A stretch of DNA of 64,000 nucleotides. It comes from a virus. The position numbers and the translations under genes were made by a program. Location of the stretch: the IMG/VR virus record IMGVR_UViG_3300046167_000876; one strand, given 5' to 3'. The notes under the pieces were generated by a model, which had not been told where the DNA came from, did no database searches, and worked only from the letters and a program-made list of their open reading frames with translations. This document shows positions 30,473 through 39,993 of this stretch, piece after piece (the first letter of the stretch is position 1; every line of letters starts with the position of its first letter).

Positions 30473-30948
30473 ATAAACAATTATCACAATATCAAAAAAT
30501 AAACTATAACCAGTTTAGATGGTGGAGGAGTTATCAACCAAAAAATAAACCACTTGATAATCGCAAACCACTTCGTGAGCGTATATTCAATGGTGATTTT
30601 GATTATTCATGTTATAAAGCTCAACAATATCAAGTCGAATATCAATTGAATGATATACTAAAAGAGTGTGGTATGGATTACGCAAAGTATTTAGAAAAAA
30701 CCCCCGTTATTAGAGCACGAAGAAAACGTTTAATGGAAGATTTTGAAAAAGATGAAACTGAAAGATTACGTTCTTTAACAGTTGAATTTACAAAATACTT
30801 TAGATGTAATAGAGAACAAGTTGAAGAAGAAATGTTAAAATGTAGTGGCTCCCTAATAGATCTTTATTATATTATAGAAGAAAAATATAAAATAGTCCAT
30901 ATGCCTTATCCTTTAAAGCGTAGAGGACGACCCAAAAAAGTTATATAA
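30439..30948 (+). CDS. Hypothetical protein
   Basis: 169-aa ORF with C-terminal RRGRPKK AT-hook-like motif. Confidence 0.65.
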   Translation: MFDIPLTRKEVDKQLSQYQKINYNQFRWWRSYQPKNKPLDNRKPLRERIFNGDFDYSCYKAQQYQVEYQLNDILKECGMDYAKYLEKTPVIRARRKRLMEDFEKDETERLRSLTVEFTKYFRCNREQVEEEMLKCSGSLIDLYYIIEEKYKIVHMPYPLKRRGRPKKVI

Positions 30949-31746
30949 ATGAAAGTATCACACGAAGTACCTAGATGTTTACTAAAAGCATCACAAGAAT
31001 TTAATGATTATGATTATTGCTTACCTCATCTATTAGATCAAGATGAAGAATATAAACAATATTTTTATAATGCTAAAGAAGAAGGACGTTATGTTATCAT
31101 GGATAATTCACTTCATGAATTAGGAGAAGCATATGATTATGATAGATTAAGATATTGGGTCAATGAATTAGAACCAAATGAATTTATTGTACCAGATGTT
31201 TGGATGAATTGTTCTCAAACAGCGGCACAAGCTAAATATTGGAAACAATTTAAATATCCTAAAAAAACTAAACTCACAGCTGTAATTCAGGGTGAAGATA
31301 AGAATCAAGCTTATCTATGTGCTACTTTATTAGCAAATTTAGGATATAAAAAATTATGTGTATCTTATGGTGCTACTTGGTATAATGATTTTTTCCCACA
31401 TACTAACGCAGATATGGGAAAAGCATTAGGTAGAGTACGATTTGTACAAGGTTTATTTAAGATAAAACATTTAAAAGATATTAAATTTCATTTATTAGGT
31501 TGTTCAATTCCACAAGAATTTGGTTGGTATGATGATGGTTTTTCATCAAGAATTGAATCAATTGATACTTCTAATCCAGTAATGGCAGCTTTAGATGGAA
31601 CTAAATATAATAGTAATGGAATGAATTATAAACCAAATGCTAATATGAATGATTTTTTTGATGTTAAATTTGAAGATATTAAATACGAAGATATTATTTA
31701 CAACACAACACAATTTAGAAGAATTAATAATTTAAAAATCAAATAA
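30949..31746 (+). CDS. TGT/DpdA-like guanine transglycosylase-fold protein
   Basis: MDNS, VPDV, VIQG, HLLG and SIDTS correspond to TGT TIM-barrel catalytic motifs; adjacent to que genes. Confidence 0.7.
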   Translation: MKVSHEVPRCLLKASQEFNDYDYCLPHLLDQDEEYKQYFYNAKEEGRYVIMDNSLHELGEAYDYDRLRYWVNELEPNEFIVPDVWMNCSQTAAQAKYWKQFKYPKKTKLTAVIQGEDKNQAYLCATLLANLGYKKLCVSYGATWYNDFFPHTNADMGKALGRVRFVQGLFKIKHLKDIKFHLLGCSIPQEFGWYDDGFSSRIESIDTSNPVMAALDGTKYNSNGMNYKPNANMNDFFDVKFEDIKYEDIIYNTTQFRRINNLKIK

Positions 31747-31748
31747 TT

Positions 31749-31943
31749 ATGGCAAAGTTAACAAGAAATGTAAATTACGCAAATTACAGATGGGAAGAAT
31801 ATGTGCTAACAGAAGAAGAATTAGCACAATGGAAAACAGGTGATGAAGATCTCCAACAAGAAATCATAGATAATGCAGATTGGGACCTAGTAAGAGATAA
31901 ACCAATTGATGATTATAGTGAACCAGAATTTGTAGAAGAATAA
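31749..31943 (+). CDS. Small acidic hypothetical protein
   Basis: 64-aa ORF tightly packed between neighbours. Confidence 0.6.
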   Translation: MAKLTRNVNYANYRWEEYVLTEEELAQWKTGDEDLQQEIIDNADWDLVRDKPIDDYSEPEFVEE

Positions 31944-31947
31944 AGAT

Positions 31948-32133
31948 ATGGCAGAATTTATAAGACACGCACTAGGACTTTGTGGAGAACACTATCATCC
32001 AAACTTATGGACTCTTTTAATAGGAGGAGTTGGATTTTCAACTATTTTTTCGTATGTTCGATCATATATAAAATGTAAATTTAATCAAGCGTTAGCCTAT
32101 ACGCGAAATACCTGGCAAATTTTAAATAAGTAA
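31948..32133 (+). CDS. Small membrane-associated hypothetical protein
   Basis: H.LGLCGEH.HPNL followed by a TM segment. Confidence 0.55.
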   Translation: MAEFIRHALGLCGEHYHPNLWTLLIGGVGFSTIFSYVRSYIKCKFNQALAYTRNTWQILNK

Positions 32134-32136
32134 ATT

Positions 32137-32925
32137 ATGGCACATTGTGTAGTAAGTTTAAGTGGTGGAATGGATAGTAGCACCCTATTGTTAAGAGCTA
32201 TCGAGAAATATGATACTGTAACAGGTATCTCATTTGACTATGGTCAAAAACACAGAGTAGAGCTAGAGAGAGCTCAATCATTAATTGATTACCTTGCAAG
32301 TAAAGGTCACAAAGTAAATTATCGTCAAATCAAATTAGATGGATTAGTAGATCTACTAGACTCAGCTTTGGTTACAGGTGGAGATGATGTACCAGAAGGA
32401 CATTATGAGCAAGATAATATGAAAGAAACAGTTGTTCCTAACAGAAATAAAATGTTTGCTTCTATTACTCAAGCAGTTGCATTATCTGTAGCAAATAGAA
32501 CAGAAGATGTTTGTGATATTGCTTTAGGTATTCATGCTGGTGATCATGCAGTTTATCCTGATTGTAGACAAGAATTTAGAGATGCAGATGATGCAGCTTT
32601 TAGAATTGGAAACTGGGATGCAGATAGAGTAGGTTACTTTACACCTTATTTAGATACTGATAAATTTGGTATTCTACAAGATGGAGAAAAATTATGTGAA
32701 ATTTTAGGTATTGATTTTGATGAAGTTTATAAAAGAACAAATACTTCTTATAAGCCTTATCCTTCGGGAAATAGTGATTATAAGTCTGCTTCTAGTGTTG
32801 AGAGGATTGAGGCTTTTATTGCTCTTGGCAGAAAAGATCCCGTACAGTATGAGGATGAAACTGGAGAAGTTGATTACGAAGTAGCAGAAACCCATGTAAA
32901 ACAAGTATTAGCTGAATATGAATAA
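32137..32925 (+). CDS. queC: 7-cyano-7-deazaguanine synthase
   Basis: SGGMDS PP-loop, FDYGQKH..E, VPNRN, YPDCR.EF; lacks the canonical C-terminal CxxC Zn ligands. Confidence 0.92.
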   Translation: MAHCVVSLSGGMDSSTLLLRAIEKYDTVTGISFDYGQKHRVELERAQSLIDYLASKGHKVNYRQIKLDGLVDLLDSALVTGGDDVPEGHYEQDNMKETVVPNRNKMFASITQAVALSVANRTEDVCDIALGIHAGDHAVYPDCRQEFRDADDAAFRIGNWDADRVGYFTPYLDTDKFGILQDGEKLCEILGIDFDEVYKRTNTSYKPYPSGNSDYKSASSVERIEAFIALGRKDPVQYEDETGEVDYEVAETHVKQVLAEYE

Positions 32926-33088
32926 TAAAAAACAAGAATTACCTGATGCAAGATTGCATCAAAGAATTAGTTTCATCAAATCAGGCATTCGTATCTTAGG
33001 ATACGGTGCCTTATGGTGGAGCTTGGACATTGCAGTTATTTTACTTATATTAAGTGAAGTAGTTGGAATAGGAGAAGAATTAGTATAA
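32918..33088 (+). CDS. Small membrane protein (56 aa, not in ORF track)
   Basis: MNNKKQELPDARLHQRISFIKSGIRILGY...ILSEVVGIGEELV. Confidence 0.6.
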   Translation: MNNKKQELPDARLHQRISFIKSGIRILGYGALWWSLDIAVILLILSEVVGIGEELV

Positions 33089-33105
33089 TAACCAAAATTT
33101 AAAAT

Positions 33106-33354
33106 ATGAAAAAAATAATTTATTTTAGTGCTCCTTGGTGTGGTCCTTGTAAAGTTTTAGGACCAACTATAGAAAGATTAACTGGTGAGTTACCTATTAC
33201 AAAAGTTAATGTAGATGAAGATAATACTATTTCTGCTAAATATGGAATTAGAAACATTCCTACATTGGTTTTAATAGATCAAAATGGTAAAGAAATTAAT
33301 AGAATAGTAGGAAACATTTCAGAACAACAAATAAAACAATTTTATAATGGGTAA
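33106..33354 (+). CDS. Thioredoxin
   Basis: WCGPC active site, IPT. Confidence 0.92.
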   Translation: MKKIIYFSAPWCGPCKVLGPTIERLTGELPITKVNVDEDNTISAKYGIRNIPTLVLIDQNGKEINRIVGNISEQQIKQFYNG

Positions 33355-33811
33355 ATTTCAATCAAGTAAAGTATTTGACGGGTTTAGTACAGTGTTTCGT
33401 CAATGGAAAGCTACAACAACACACTGTAGGTTTGTACATGGTTATGGAATTTCATTTAAAGTATATTTTGAAGGCGATTTAGACGAAAGAAATTGGGTTT
33501 GGGACTTTGGAGGTATGAAAAGAGCTAAAACTAAAATAGATGGTAAGTCTCCTAAAGAATGGATGGATTATATGTTTGATCATACTTTAATTGTTGCTGA
33601 AGATGACCCATTTTTAGAAGCATTTAAGCAAATGGAAGAATCAGAAGTAGCTCAAGTTAGAGTAATCCCAGCTACTGGTGCAGAAAAATTTGCTGAATAT
33701 ATTTATACTAAATTAAATAGTTTTGTTCAAACTGAAACTGAAGGTAGAGTAAGAGTTACTAAAGTTAAGTTTGCGGAACATGGAAAAAATGCTGCTTATT
33801 ACAGCGAGTAA
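33347..33811 (+). CDS. queD: 6-carboxytetrahydropterin synthase
   Basis: HCRFVHGY, WVWDFG, FDHT, TGAE. Confidence 0.88.
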   Translation: MGKFQSSKVFDGFSTVFRQWKATTTHCRFVHGYGISFKVYFEGDLDERNWVWDFGGMKRAKTKIDGKSPKEWMDYMFDHTLIVAEDDPFLEAFKQMEESEVAQVRVIPATGAEKFAEYIYTKLNSFVQTETEGRVRVTKVKFAEHGKNAAYYSE

Positions 33812-33853
33812 GTTATAATAGTGAATGAAAAACCACTTAAAAAAATTAACAAT

Positions 33854-34639
33854 ATGCACAAACAATTGAAACGTATTGAGGATTACGATAAAAATCTTCC
33901 GATTGTAGAAGTTTATACTGCAGTCCAATCTGAAGGCTCTAGAGCAGGATACCCCACAGTAGTAATTAGAACAACAGGATGCACTCACAGATGTTATTTC
34001 GGTGAAGGTGGTTGGTGTGATAGTTGGTATACAAGTATCCACCCAGAAAAAGGCCAATTTAATTTTAATAATATTATACAAAAGTATAAAGATAATCCTC
34101 ATATTAAAGAGATGATGCTTACTGGTGGTTCACCTACTATGCATCCCGCTTTAGTAAATGAGTTAACCCATTTTGCACATGAAAATGATATATTCATTAC
34201 TATCGAAACTGAAGGATCTCATTTCCTCCCCACTGATTATCCTATTAATCTTTTGTCAATTTCTCCTAAGTTTAGTAATAGCGTTCCCGTTGTTGGTGTT
34301 GCTACTCCTCAAGGAGGAATTACAGACGAAAGGATGGTTAAAAAACATAATTCGAAAAGGTTGAATTATGAAGCAATGAAACAATCAATTGCTTACCACT
34401 CAGACTATCATATTAAACCAGTATGGGATGGTAAAGATGAAGATGCGTTAGCTGAAATTATGGATTGTTTAGAAAAACTTGAAGTATCCCAAGATAAAGT
34501 TTGGTTTATGCCCGCAGGTGATTCAAGAGAAGCATTATTTAAATCATACCCCATATTATTTGATTGGGTAAGAGATAATGGTTACAGAATGACTTGGAGA
34601 CCCCACATTATAGCATTTGAAGATCAAAGAGAAGTATAA
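33854..34639 (+). CDS. queE: 7-carboxy-7-deazaguanine synthase (radical SAM)
   Basis: VQSEG...G, RT.GC..RC...WCDS, LTGG.P, IETEG, SPK. Confidence 0.9.
   Translation: MHKQLKRIEDYDKNLPIVEVYTAVQSEGSRAGYPTVVIRTTGCTHRCYFGEGGWCDSWYTSIHPEKGQFNFNNIIQKYKDNPHIKEMMLTGGSPTMHPALVNELTHFAHENDIFITIETEGSHFLPTDYPINLLSISPKFSNSVPVVGVATPQGGITDERMVKKHNSKRLNYEAMKQSIAYHSDYHIKPVWDGKDEDALAEIMDCLEKLEVSQDKVWFMPAGDSREALFKSYPILFDWVRDNGYRMTWRPHIIAFEDQREV
34179..34364 (+). CDS. Candidate nested +1-frame membrane protein inside queE
   Basis: 61 aa with LIILLIFCQFLLSLVIAFPLLVLLLL hydrophobic stretch. Confidence 0.45.
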   Translation: MKMIYSLLSKLKDLISSPLIILLIFCQFLLSLVIAFPLLVLLLLKEELQTKGWLKNIIRKG

Positions 34640-34803
34640 TGAATAAAATTTGGAGGTATTGGGCTAGAGCATTAGGTGAAAAGGTAGGAGAAGATAATAA
34701 AAAAGCAGATACTGTAGCTTGGATTAGAACTTTTATTATAGCGCAAGCTGTAATAACAAACCTGCTTATAGCTATTAACATTTTAATAGTTTGGTTTGGA
34801 TAA
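34639..34803 (+). CDS. Small membrane protein (54 aa, not in ORF track)
   Basis: WRYWARALGEK...AD.VA.IRT plus TM; start overlaps queE stop (TAATG). Confidence 0.6.
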   Translation: MNKIWRYWARALGEKVGEDNKKADTVAWIRTFIIAQAVITNLLIAINILIVWFG

Positions 34804-35004
34804 GCAAGAAGCCCTTCGTATATTAGAGGAAATAGAAGAAAATGTTAATACCTGCTGTGCTATTACTATGGAACCAGATGATGTATTAGTATTAATAGAT
34901 AAATTGAAAGAATATTTAAATGAAAAAAATTAAAAATATAGTTATATTAAAAATATTTTTATTTAAATTATGGTTACAAAGAATTAAAATTAAAATCAAG
35001 TTAA

Positions 35005-35703
35005 ATGTCAGAAAATAAACGTAGAAAAGTTCATGAAGAATTAGAAGTAGTAAAAGTAGGTTATGCGAATGGTGTTGCAGAAGGATTTCCCTTTACAGAT
35101 AAAGAAAAATTAAAAATGATTGATAAAGCAGAAAAAGCTTATGGTAAGTTTTTAGATGCTTTAAAATGTGATTGGAGAGATGATCCCAATTCAATGGAAA
35201 CACCTCGACGAGTAGCTAAAGCTTATGTGAATGATCTATGGGCTGGTAGATACACAGCAATGTCCCCAATTACATCATTTCCCTCGGATGGTTATGATGG
35301 TATTGTTATTGAACGTAACATACCATTAACTTCAATGTGTTCTCATCACCATCAAACAATTGGAGGTGTAGTTCATATTGGATATATAGCAGGAGAAGGT
35401 GGTCAAGTAATTGGTTTATCTAAATTAAACAGAATTGTAGAATTATTTGGTCGTAGAGGAGCAATACAAGAACAATTAACATCAGCAATCCATAATGCTG
35501 TAGATAAAATTACAGAAGGAAATAAAGGTGTTATTGTTACTATAGTAGGTACTCATAATTGTGTATCTTGTAGAGGAGTTAAACATCAGGGTGCAGCAAT
35601 GGTTACAACTAAAGCATCAGGTGTATTTAAAGATAATAAAAATTTAGCTCGTAAAGAATTCTTTGATAGTCTTAAAATTAATAACGGGGGACATAATATA
35701 TAA
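35005..35703 (+). CDS. folE: GTP cyclohydrolase I
   Basis: ETPRRVAK, SMCSHH, GLSKLNR, QEQLT, HNCVSCRGV. Confidence 0.95.
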   Translation: MSENKRRKVHEELEVVKVGYANGVAEGFPFTDKEKLKMIDKAEKAYGKFLDALKCDWRDDPNSMETPRRVAKAYVNDLWAGRYTAMSPITSFPSDGYDGIVIERNIPLTSMCSHHHQTIGGVVHIGYIAGEGGQVIGLSKLNRIVELFGRRGAIQEQLTSAIHNAVDKITEGNKGVIVTIVGTHNCVSCRGVKHQGAAMVTTKASGVFKDNKNLARKEFFDSLKINNGGHNI

Positions 35704-35708
35704 GAGAA

Positions 35709-36167
35709 ATGGCATTAGTAGACAAATCAGAAAATAAAATATATTTAAGTTGGGGAGATATTAATGATGCGGTTGATAACTTATGTAACAAGATTAGACA
35801 TGATCAACCCAACATAGACTCAATCCATGGTATTGCTAGGGGAGGATTAATTCCCGCAGTTTTAATTTCTCATAAATTAGGTTTACCTTGGACTGATGTT
35901 ATTTTACCTAATACTTTAGTAGTAGATGATGTATGTGATTCAGGGGTAACATTAGAAAATGCACCAGGTGTTTGGACAGCAGTATTACATTATAAACCCC
36001 ACACATCATGTTTTCAACCTAGTATATGGGCAGAAATACATGAAGGTGATGAGTGGTTAATTTACCCTTGGGAAACTAAAGATTCAAAACCTATTCAAGA
36101 TTATTTAAAACCTGGAGCTAAAGAATATAGAGATAAACTAGATGAATATTATAAATCAAATGAATAA
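35709..36167 (+). CDS. Type I phosphoribosyltransferase (purine PRT-like)
   Basis: GIARGGL.PA, VVDDVCDSGVT PRPP-binding loop, W..YPWE. Confidence 0.88.
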   Translation: MALVDKSENKIYLSWGDINDAVDNLCNKIRHDQPNIDSIHGIARGGLIPAVLISHKLGLPWTDVILPNTLVVDDVCDSGVTLENAPGVWTAVLHYKPHTSCFQPSIWAEIHEGDEWLIYPWETKDSKPIQDYLKPGAKEYRDKLDEYYKSNE

Positions 36168-36169
36168 AT

Positions 36170-36367
36170 ATGGAATATTGGCAAATTAAAACTCAAAATG
36201 AATTTGAGAATGAAAGAGGTAGGATACAAAAAACAACTGAATTATATTTAGTAGTAGCAGTATCAGCAACGGATGCAGAAGCTAAGATGTACAAACATAA
36301 TGAAGGTATGTCTAATTTTAGAGTTGTAGAAGTAAAGAAAACCAAATTTTTAGAAGTAATAAGCTAA
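36170..36367 (+). CDS. DUF4494-like small protein
   Basis: K..E.YLV.AVS.TDAEAK pattern typical of the Bacteroidota family. Confidence 0.55.
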   Translation: MEYWQIKTQNEFENERGRIQKTTELYLVVAVSATDAEAKMYKHNEGMSNFRVVEVKKTKFLEVIS

Positions 36368-36906
36368 TGGGAAAACAATTAGAATTATTTAGCAAAGCCG
36401 ACGTGCCCTTTGTTAATGAAGTAGAAACTTTTAACCGCACGTTCGGAAAACCAAACAATTATGAACCGACAATACCAGAAAAAAAGGAGTGGGAATTCGT
36501 ATACGACTTTGTACTTGAAGAATTGGAAGAATATAGACAGGCTTGCGAAAACGGAGACATCGTGGAAGTTTTGGATGCTCTGTGTGATATTGCTTACGTT
36601 TCCCTTGGGAACGGTACTATGTTACACGGCCTTAAAGATAAGATATGGCCTGCATATCAAGAAGTACAAGGAAGCAATATGTCGAAGTCTTGTAGCACTA
36701 AAGAGGAAGCCATGGAAACTGTCACCCTCCGCTCTAAAGAACAAGATGAGCCATGTCACTTTGAACAGATCGAAGACCGATTCGTAGTATACAGAACACG
36801 TGATCGTAAAGTAATGAAATCAATTAATTACTATAGACCAGATTTAAAACAATTCTTTACAGGAGATGAATTACAAAAATTCCATAAACCAGCAACCTTT
36901 ATTTAA
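36367..36906 (+). CDS. MazG-like all-alpha NTP pyrophosphohydrolase (DR2231/PRA-PH type)
   Basis: EELEE...EVLDALCDIAYV..G, EV..SNMSK, KVMK. Confidence 0.85.
   Translation: MGKQLELFSKADVPFVNEVETFNRTFGKPNNYEPTIPEKKEWEFVYDFVLEELEEYRQACENGDIVEVLDALCDIAYVSLGNGTMLHGLKDKIWPAYQEVQGSNMSKSCSTKEEAMETVTLRSKEQDEPCHFEQIEDRFVVYRTRDRKVMKSINYYRPDLKQFFTGDELQKFHKPATFI
36461..36787 (+). CDS. Candidate nested +1-frame basic single-TM protein inside MazG-like gene
   Basis: 108-codon ATG ORF; TM FWMLCVILLTFPLGTVLCYTAL; host codon usage shifts to G/C-ending codons over the overlap. Confidence 0.5.
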   Translation: MNRQYQKKRSGNSYTTLYLKNWKNIDRLAKTETSWKFWMLCVILLTFPLGTVLCYTALKIRYGLHIKKYKEAICRSLVALKRKPWKLSPSALKNKMSHVTLNRSKTDS

Positions 36907-38657
36907 TGTATAAAAAGTGTTATTTAGGAGATAAAATAAAACCTAATGTTTTTCAAATGCATCTTTGGGAAGAAGATGGGGGACATCAAATTATTGAATA
37001 TGAAAATGTAGCATATCAAGAATGTACTGAAGAAGAACATACACATAAAGGATTAAATGGAGAATTTTTAAAATCCCAACCTAAATGGTTTTATTCTAAA
37101 AATCCGGATTATAGTCATAAAAATACACCTGGTTTACATTTCCATGATATGAAACCTCATCAAAAATTTTTAGTTGAGCGTTATGGTGTAAATGATGTTC
37201 CTTCTAAGGGACATAGAGAAGTATTTTTTGATATTGAGTGTGAAATAGGAGGAGCATTAACTGAAGAATATATTGAAGATGCTCCTATGCCTATTACTTC
37301 TATTGCTTGGTGGGATAAACAAAAAGATTATTGGTCTATACTTATTTTAGATAAAAAAAATCAACTATCACATACTAAAACAGGAAAAAATAAAAATAAA
37401 GAAATTATTCCTTGTACTACAGAAAATGAATTGTTAGCTAAATTTATTGAAGCTATAAGAGAGATGGATCCCGATATACTAGTAGGTTACAACTCAGATT
37501 ATTTTGATATACCTTATTTATATTATAGAATGTGTAGAACAATAGGTAAAGATTGGGCTGATCATTTATCTCCTATTGGTAAAGTAGTTTCTAAGAAAAA
37601 TAATAAATATTTTTTTAAACAAAATCAATATGTAGATATTGTAGGTATTGAATCTTTAGATTATATTCGTTTACATAAAAAATATAGTTGGAAAGATGAA
37701 CCAAGTTGGAAATTAGATGCAATTGGGGCCAAATATGTAGGTATGAATAAAGTTGAATATGATGGAAATTTAGATCAACTATTTGAAACTGATATTCATA
37801 AATTTATTCAATATAACTTTGTTGATGTAGAAATTTTACAAAAGTTAGATGAAAAATTACAATATTTAGCTTTAACTAAAAACTTATCCCATAAAGGTAA
37901 GCATAATTATAGTGAAGTTTATTCTAATAGTATTACTCAAGATGGAGCAATTTCTGCTTATTTATTATCCCAAAATATAGTTCCACCTCCTAAAGAACCT
38001 TTCCCTCAAAAGAAAGATAGTTATGCAGGAGGATATCTTTTTTGCCCTAAAGCAGGATTATACAAATATATGTTTGATGAAGATTTAACATCGTTATACC
38101 CATCTATAATTATGTCAATTAACATTGGTAAAGAAACATTCGTGGGTCGTATTATAGATGCAGATGACCGTAATAATAGATTGGGTCTTAACGATTTAAA
38201 AGAACGTGACCCCGAAGAAAAATTATTAGTAGAAAATGCAAAACGAAAACAAACCTATGTTAATGCTGGTAGGTTAGTTGAAATGATCAAACAAAATGAT
38301 TTAGCAGTAGCGGCTAATGGTTCAATGTTTAGAACAGATAAAGAAGCAGTATTATCCACTATACTTAAAAAATGGTTTAAGGAGCGTGTTATTTATAAAA
38401 ATGCAATGAAAAAAGCATATAAAGAAGGAAACAAAGAATTAGGTGAATATAATCATTTAATGCAATACACAATGAAAATTCTTTTAAATTCATTGTATGG
38501 TGCAACTGCATTACCTTCATTTAGGTATGGTATGAATTTCCAAACCCTAAGTGAAGCAATTACATTATCAGGACACAGAATAATCCAAGAATCAGCCCTT
38601 TGTGCTAATAGACATATGAATAAAGTTATGCGAGGGGAATTAAAATTAGAAATATGA
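36906..38657 (+). CDS. DNA polymerase family B, N-terminal subunit (exonuclease plus motifs A and B)
   Basis: FDIE, GYN...FD.PY, YN..DV, DLTSLYPS, KILLNSLYG. Confidence 0.93.
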   Translation: MYKKCYLGDKIKPNVFQMHLWEEDGGHQIIEYENVAYQECTEEEHTHKGLNGEFLKSQPKWFYSKNPDYSHKNTPGLHFHDMKPHQKFLVERYGVNDVPSKGHREVFFDIECEIGGALTEEYIEDAPMPITSIAWWDKQKDYWSILILDKKNQLSHTKTGKNKNKEIIPCTTENELLAKFIEAIREMDPDILVGYNSDYFDIPYLYYRMCRTIGKDWADHLSPIGKVVSKKNNKYFFKQNQYVDIVGIESLDYIRLHKKYSWKDEPSWKLDAIGAKYVGMNKVEYDGNLDQLFETDIHKFIQYNFVDVEILQKLDEKLQYLALTKNLSHKGKHNYSEVYSNSITQDGAISAYLLSQNIVPPPKEPFPQKKDSYAGGYLFCPKAGLYKYMFDEDLTSLYPSIIMSINIGKETFVGRIIDADDRNNRLGLNDLKERDPEEKLLVENAKRKQTYVNAGRLVEMIKQNDLAVAANGSMFRTDKEAVLSTILKKWFKERVIYKNAMKKAYKEGNKELGEYNHLMQYTMKILLNSLYGATALPSFRYGMNFQTLSEAITLSGHRIIQESALCANRHMNKVMRGELKLEI

Positions 38658-38918
38658 CATTAAAAAAACAATCTATTAGAAAAAATCAACTAATTACTGT
38701 AGAAGGTAAACCTATATCTAAAGAAGAAATAATCACTAGAAGTGAAAAATGGAGTGAAATCCAAGAGAATTTTTTTAAAAAAATGCTTAAACAAGGGGGG
38801 AACATTTAAAGTAGCGGGAATAAAATATAAAGTAGAATTAATTGAAAGAAGTGATTTAGACTCTAACGGAAATAAACCAATAACTGTACCACCATTACCA
38901 GGTGAAAGAACATTTTAA
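38654..38918 (+). CDS. Small hypothetical protein between polB halves (extra G in G6 run near 38795)
   Basis: MTLKKQSIRKN...FFKKMLKQGG continues as TFKVAGIKYKV...PGERTF when one G is removed. Confidence 0.55.
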
Positions 38919-38920
38919 TT

Positions 38921-39616
38921 ATGATATTACAAGAGGCATTTAATTGGTATTTAAATTATAACCCAAATACTGATTCTTTAAGATCTTCTCAATTAAATAA
39001 AGTAATTGGGGAAATAGAAGATGAATTTATTAGTAATTTTGATTCTTCTAAAAAAATAATTTGTATAGAAACAGGTGCTTCCCATAATTGGAATGATGGT
39101 TGTGTTGGAGCTTTTTTTGCAAAATTATGTGAATTAACAAATGGGAAATTCTATTCTGTAGATATAAATTCTGAATTAATTGATAATAGTAAAACATTAT
39201 ATAATAGCTTAGGATTTACTAATATAACTCATCATATTGATGACTCAGTAAATTATTTAAAGAATACAAAAGTTATTCCTAATATAGTTCATTTGGATTC
39301 ATGGGATTTAAATCTTCGAGATCCTTTTCCTAGTGCATTACATGGGTGGAATGAATTTTTAGCTATTGAAGATAAAATGCCTTTAGGGTCTCTTTTAATT
39401 ATAGATGATAATTATTTTAATGGAACTTGGGTTAATTGGAAAGATAATCGTAATGATAAAGAATGGGATAGAGTAACAATTAATTATCCAATTGTAGGTA
39501 AAGGAAGTCATATTTACAGTTATGTTGAAAGTGGTAATAGTAATTGGATAAAATTAAGTAATGACCATGTTGGAACAAATGAAAAATTAGTTTATAAAAA
39601 AGTAAAATTATGTTAG
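38921..39616 (+). CDS. Class I SAM-dependent methyltransferase-like protein
   Basis: IETG, SVDI, DS, HLDS, IIDD motifs. Confidence 0.6.
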   Translation: MILQEAFNWYLNYNPNTDSLRSSQLNKVIGEIEDEFISNFDSSKKIICIETGASHNWNDGCVGAFFAKLCELTNGKFYSVDINSELIDNSKTLYNSLGFTNITHHIDDSVNYLKNTKVIPNIVHLDSWDLNLRDPFPSALHGWNEFLAIEDKMPLGSLLIIDDNYFNGTWVNWKDNRNDKEWDRVTINYPIVGKGSHIYSYVESGNSNWIKLSNDHVGTNEKLVYKKVKLC

Positions 39617-39993
39617 TAGAAATTTCAAACGGAGAATTATTAGATAAAATTTCAATTTTAGAGTTAAAATTACTTAAAATTGAAGATGAAGAAAAACTAA
39701 TAAATATTAAAAAAGAATTTGAAACATTAAACCCTTTAGTAATAGAACTATTTGAAAAGTATGATGGTCAATTACAAAATCATTATCTTGAATTAGCTAA
39801 AATTAATGGTCAACTTTGGGATATAGAAGATTGGATTAGAGATTGTGAACGTGAAAAGAGATTTGATAAAGAATTTGTAGAACTAGCCCGTTCTGTGTAT
39901 ATTACCAATGATAAAAGATGTGAAGTTAAAAAATTAATCAATTTAATGACCTCATCAGGATTAGTAGAAGAAAAATCATATAAAGAATATTAA
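39610..39993 (+). CDS. DUF6165-like protein
   Basis: S.GELLDKISILELK, N..LWDIED.IR, ARSVY.TND.R, EEKSY. Confidence 0.7.
   Translation: MLVEISNGELLDKISILELKLLKIEDEEKLINIKKEFETLNPLVIELFEKYDGQLQNHYLELAKINGQLWDIEDWIRDCEREKRFDKEFVELARSVYITNDKRCEVKKLINLMTSSGLVEEKSYKEY

Noticed and set aside
38654-39992. Group I intron or split intein interrupting polB
   Set aside because: Gap is fully occupied by tightly packed ORFs; no intein terminal motifs, homing endonuclease or structured non-coding RNA visible
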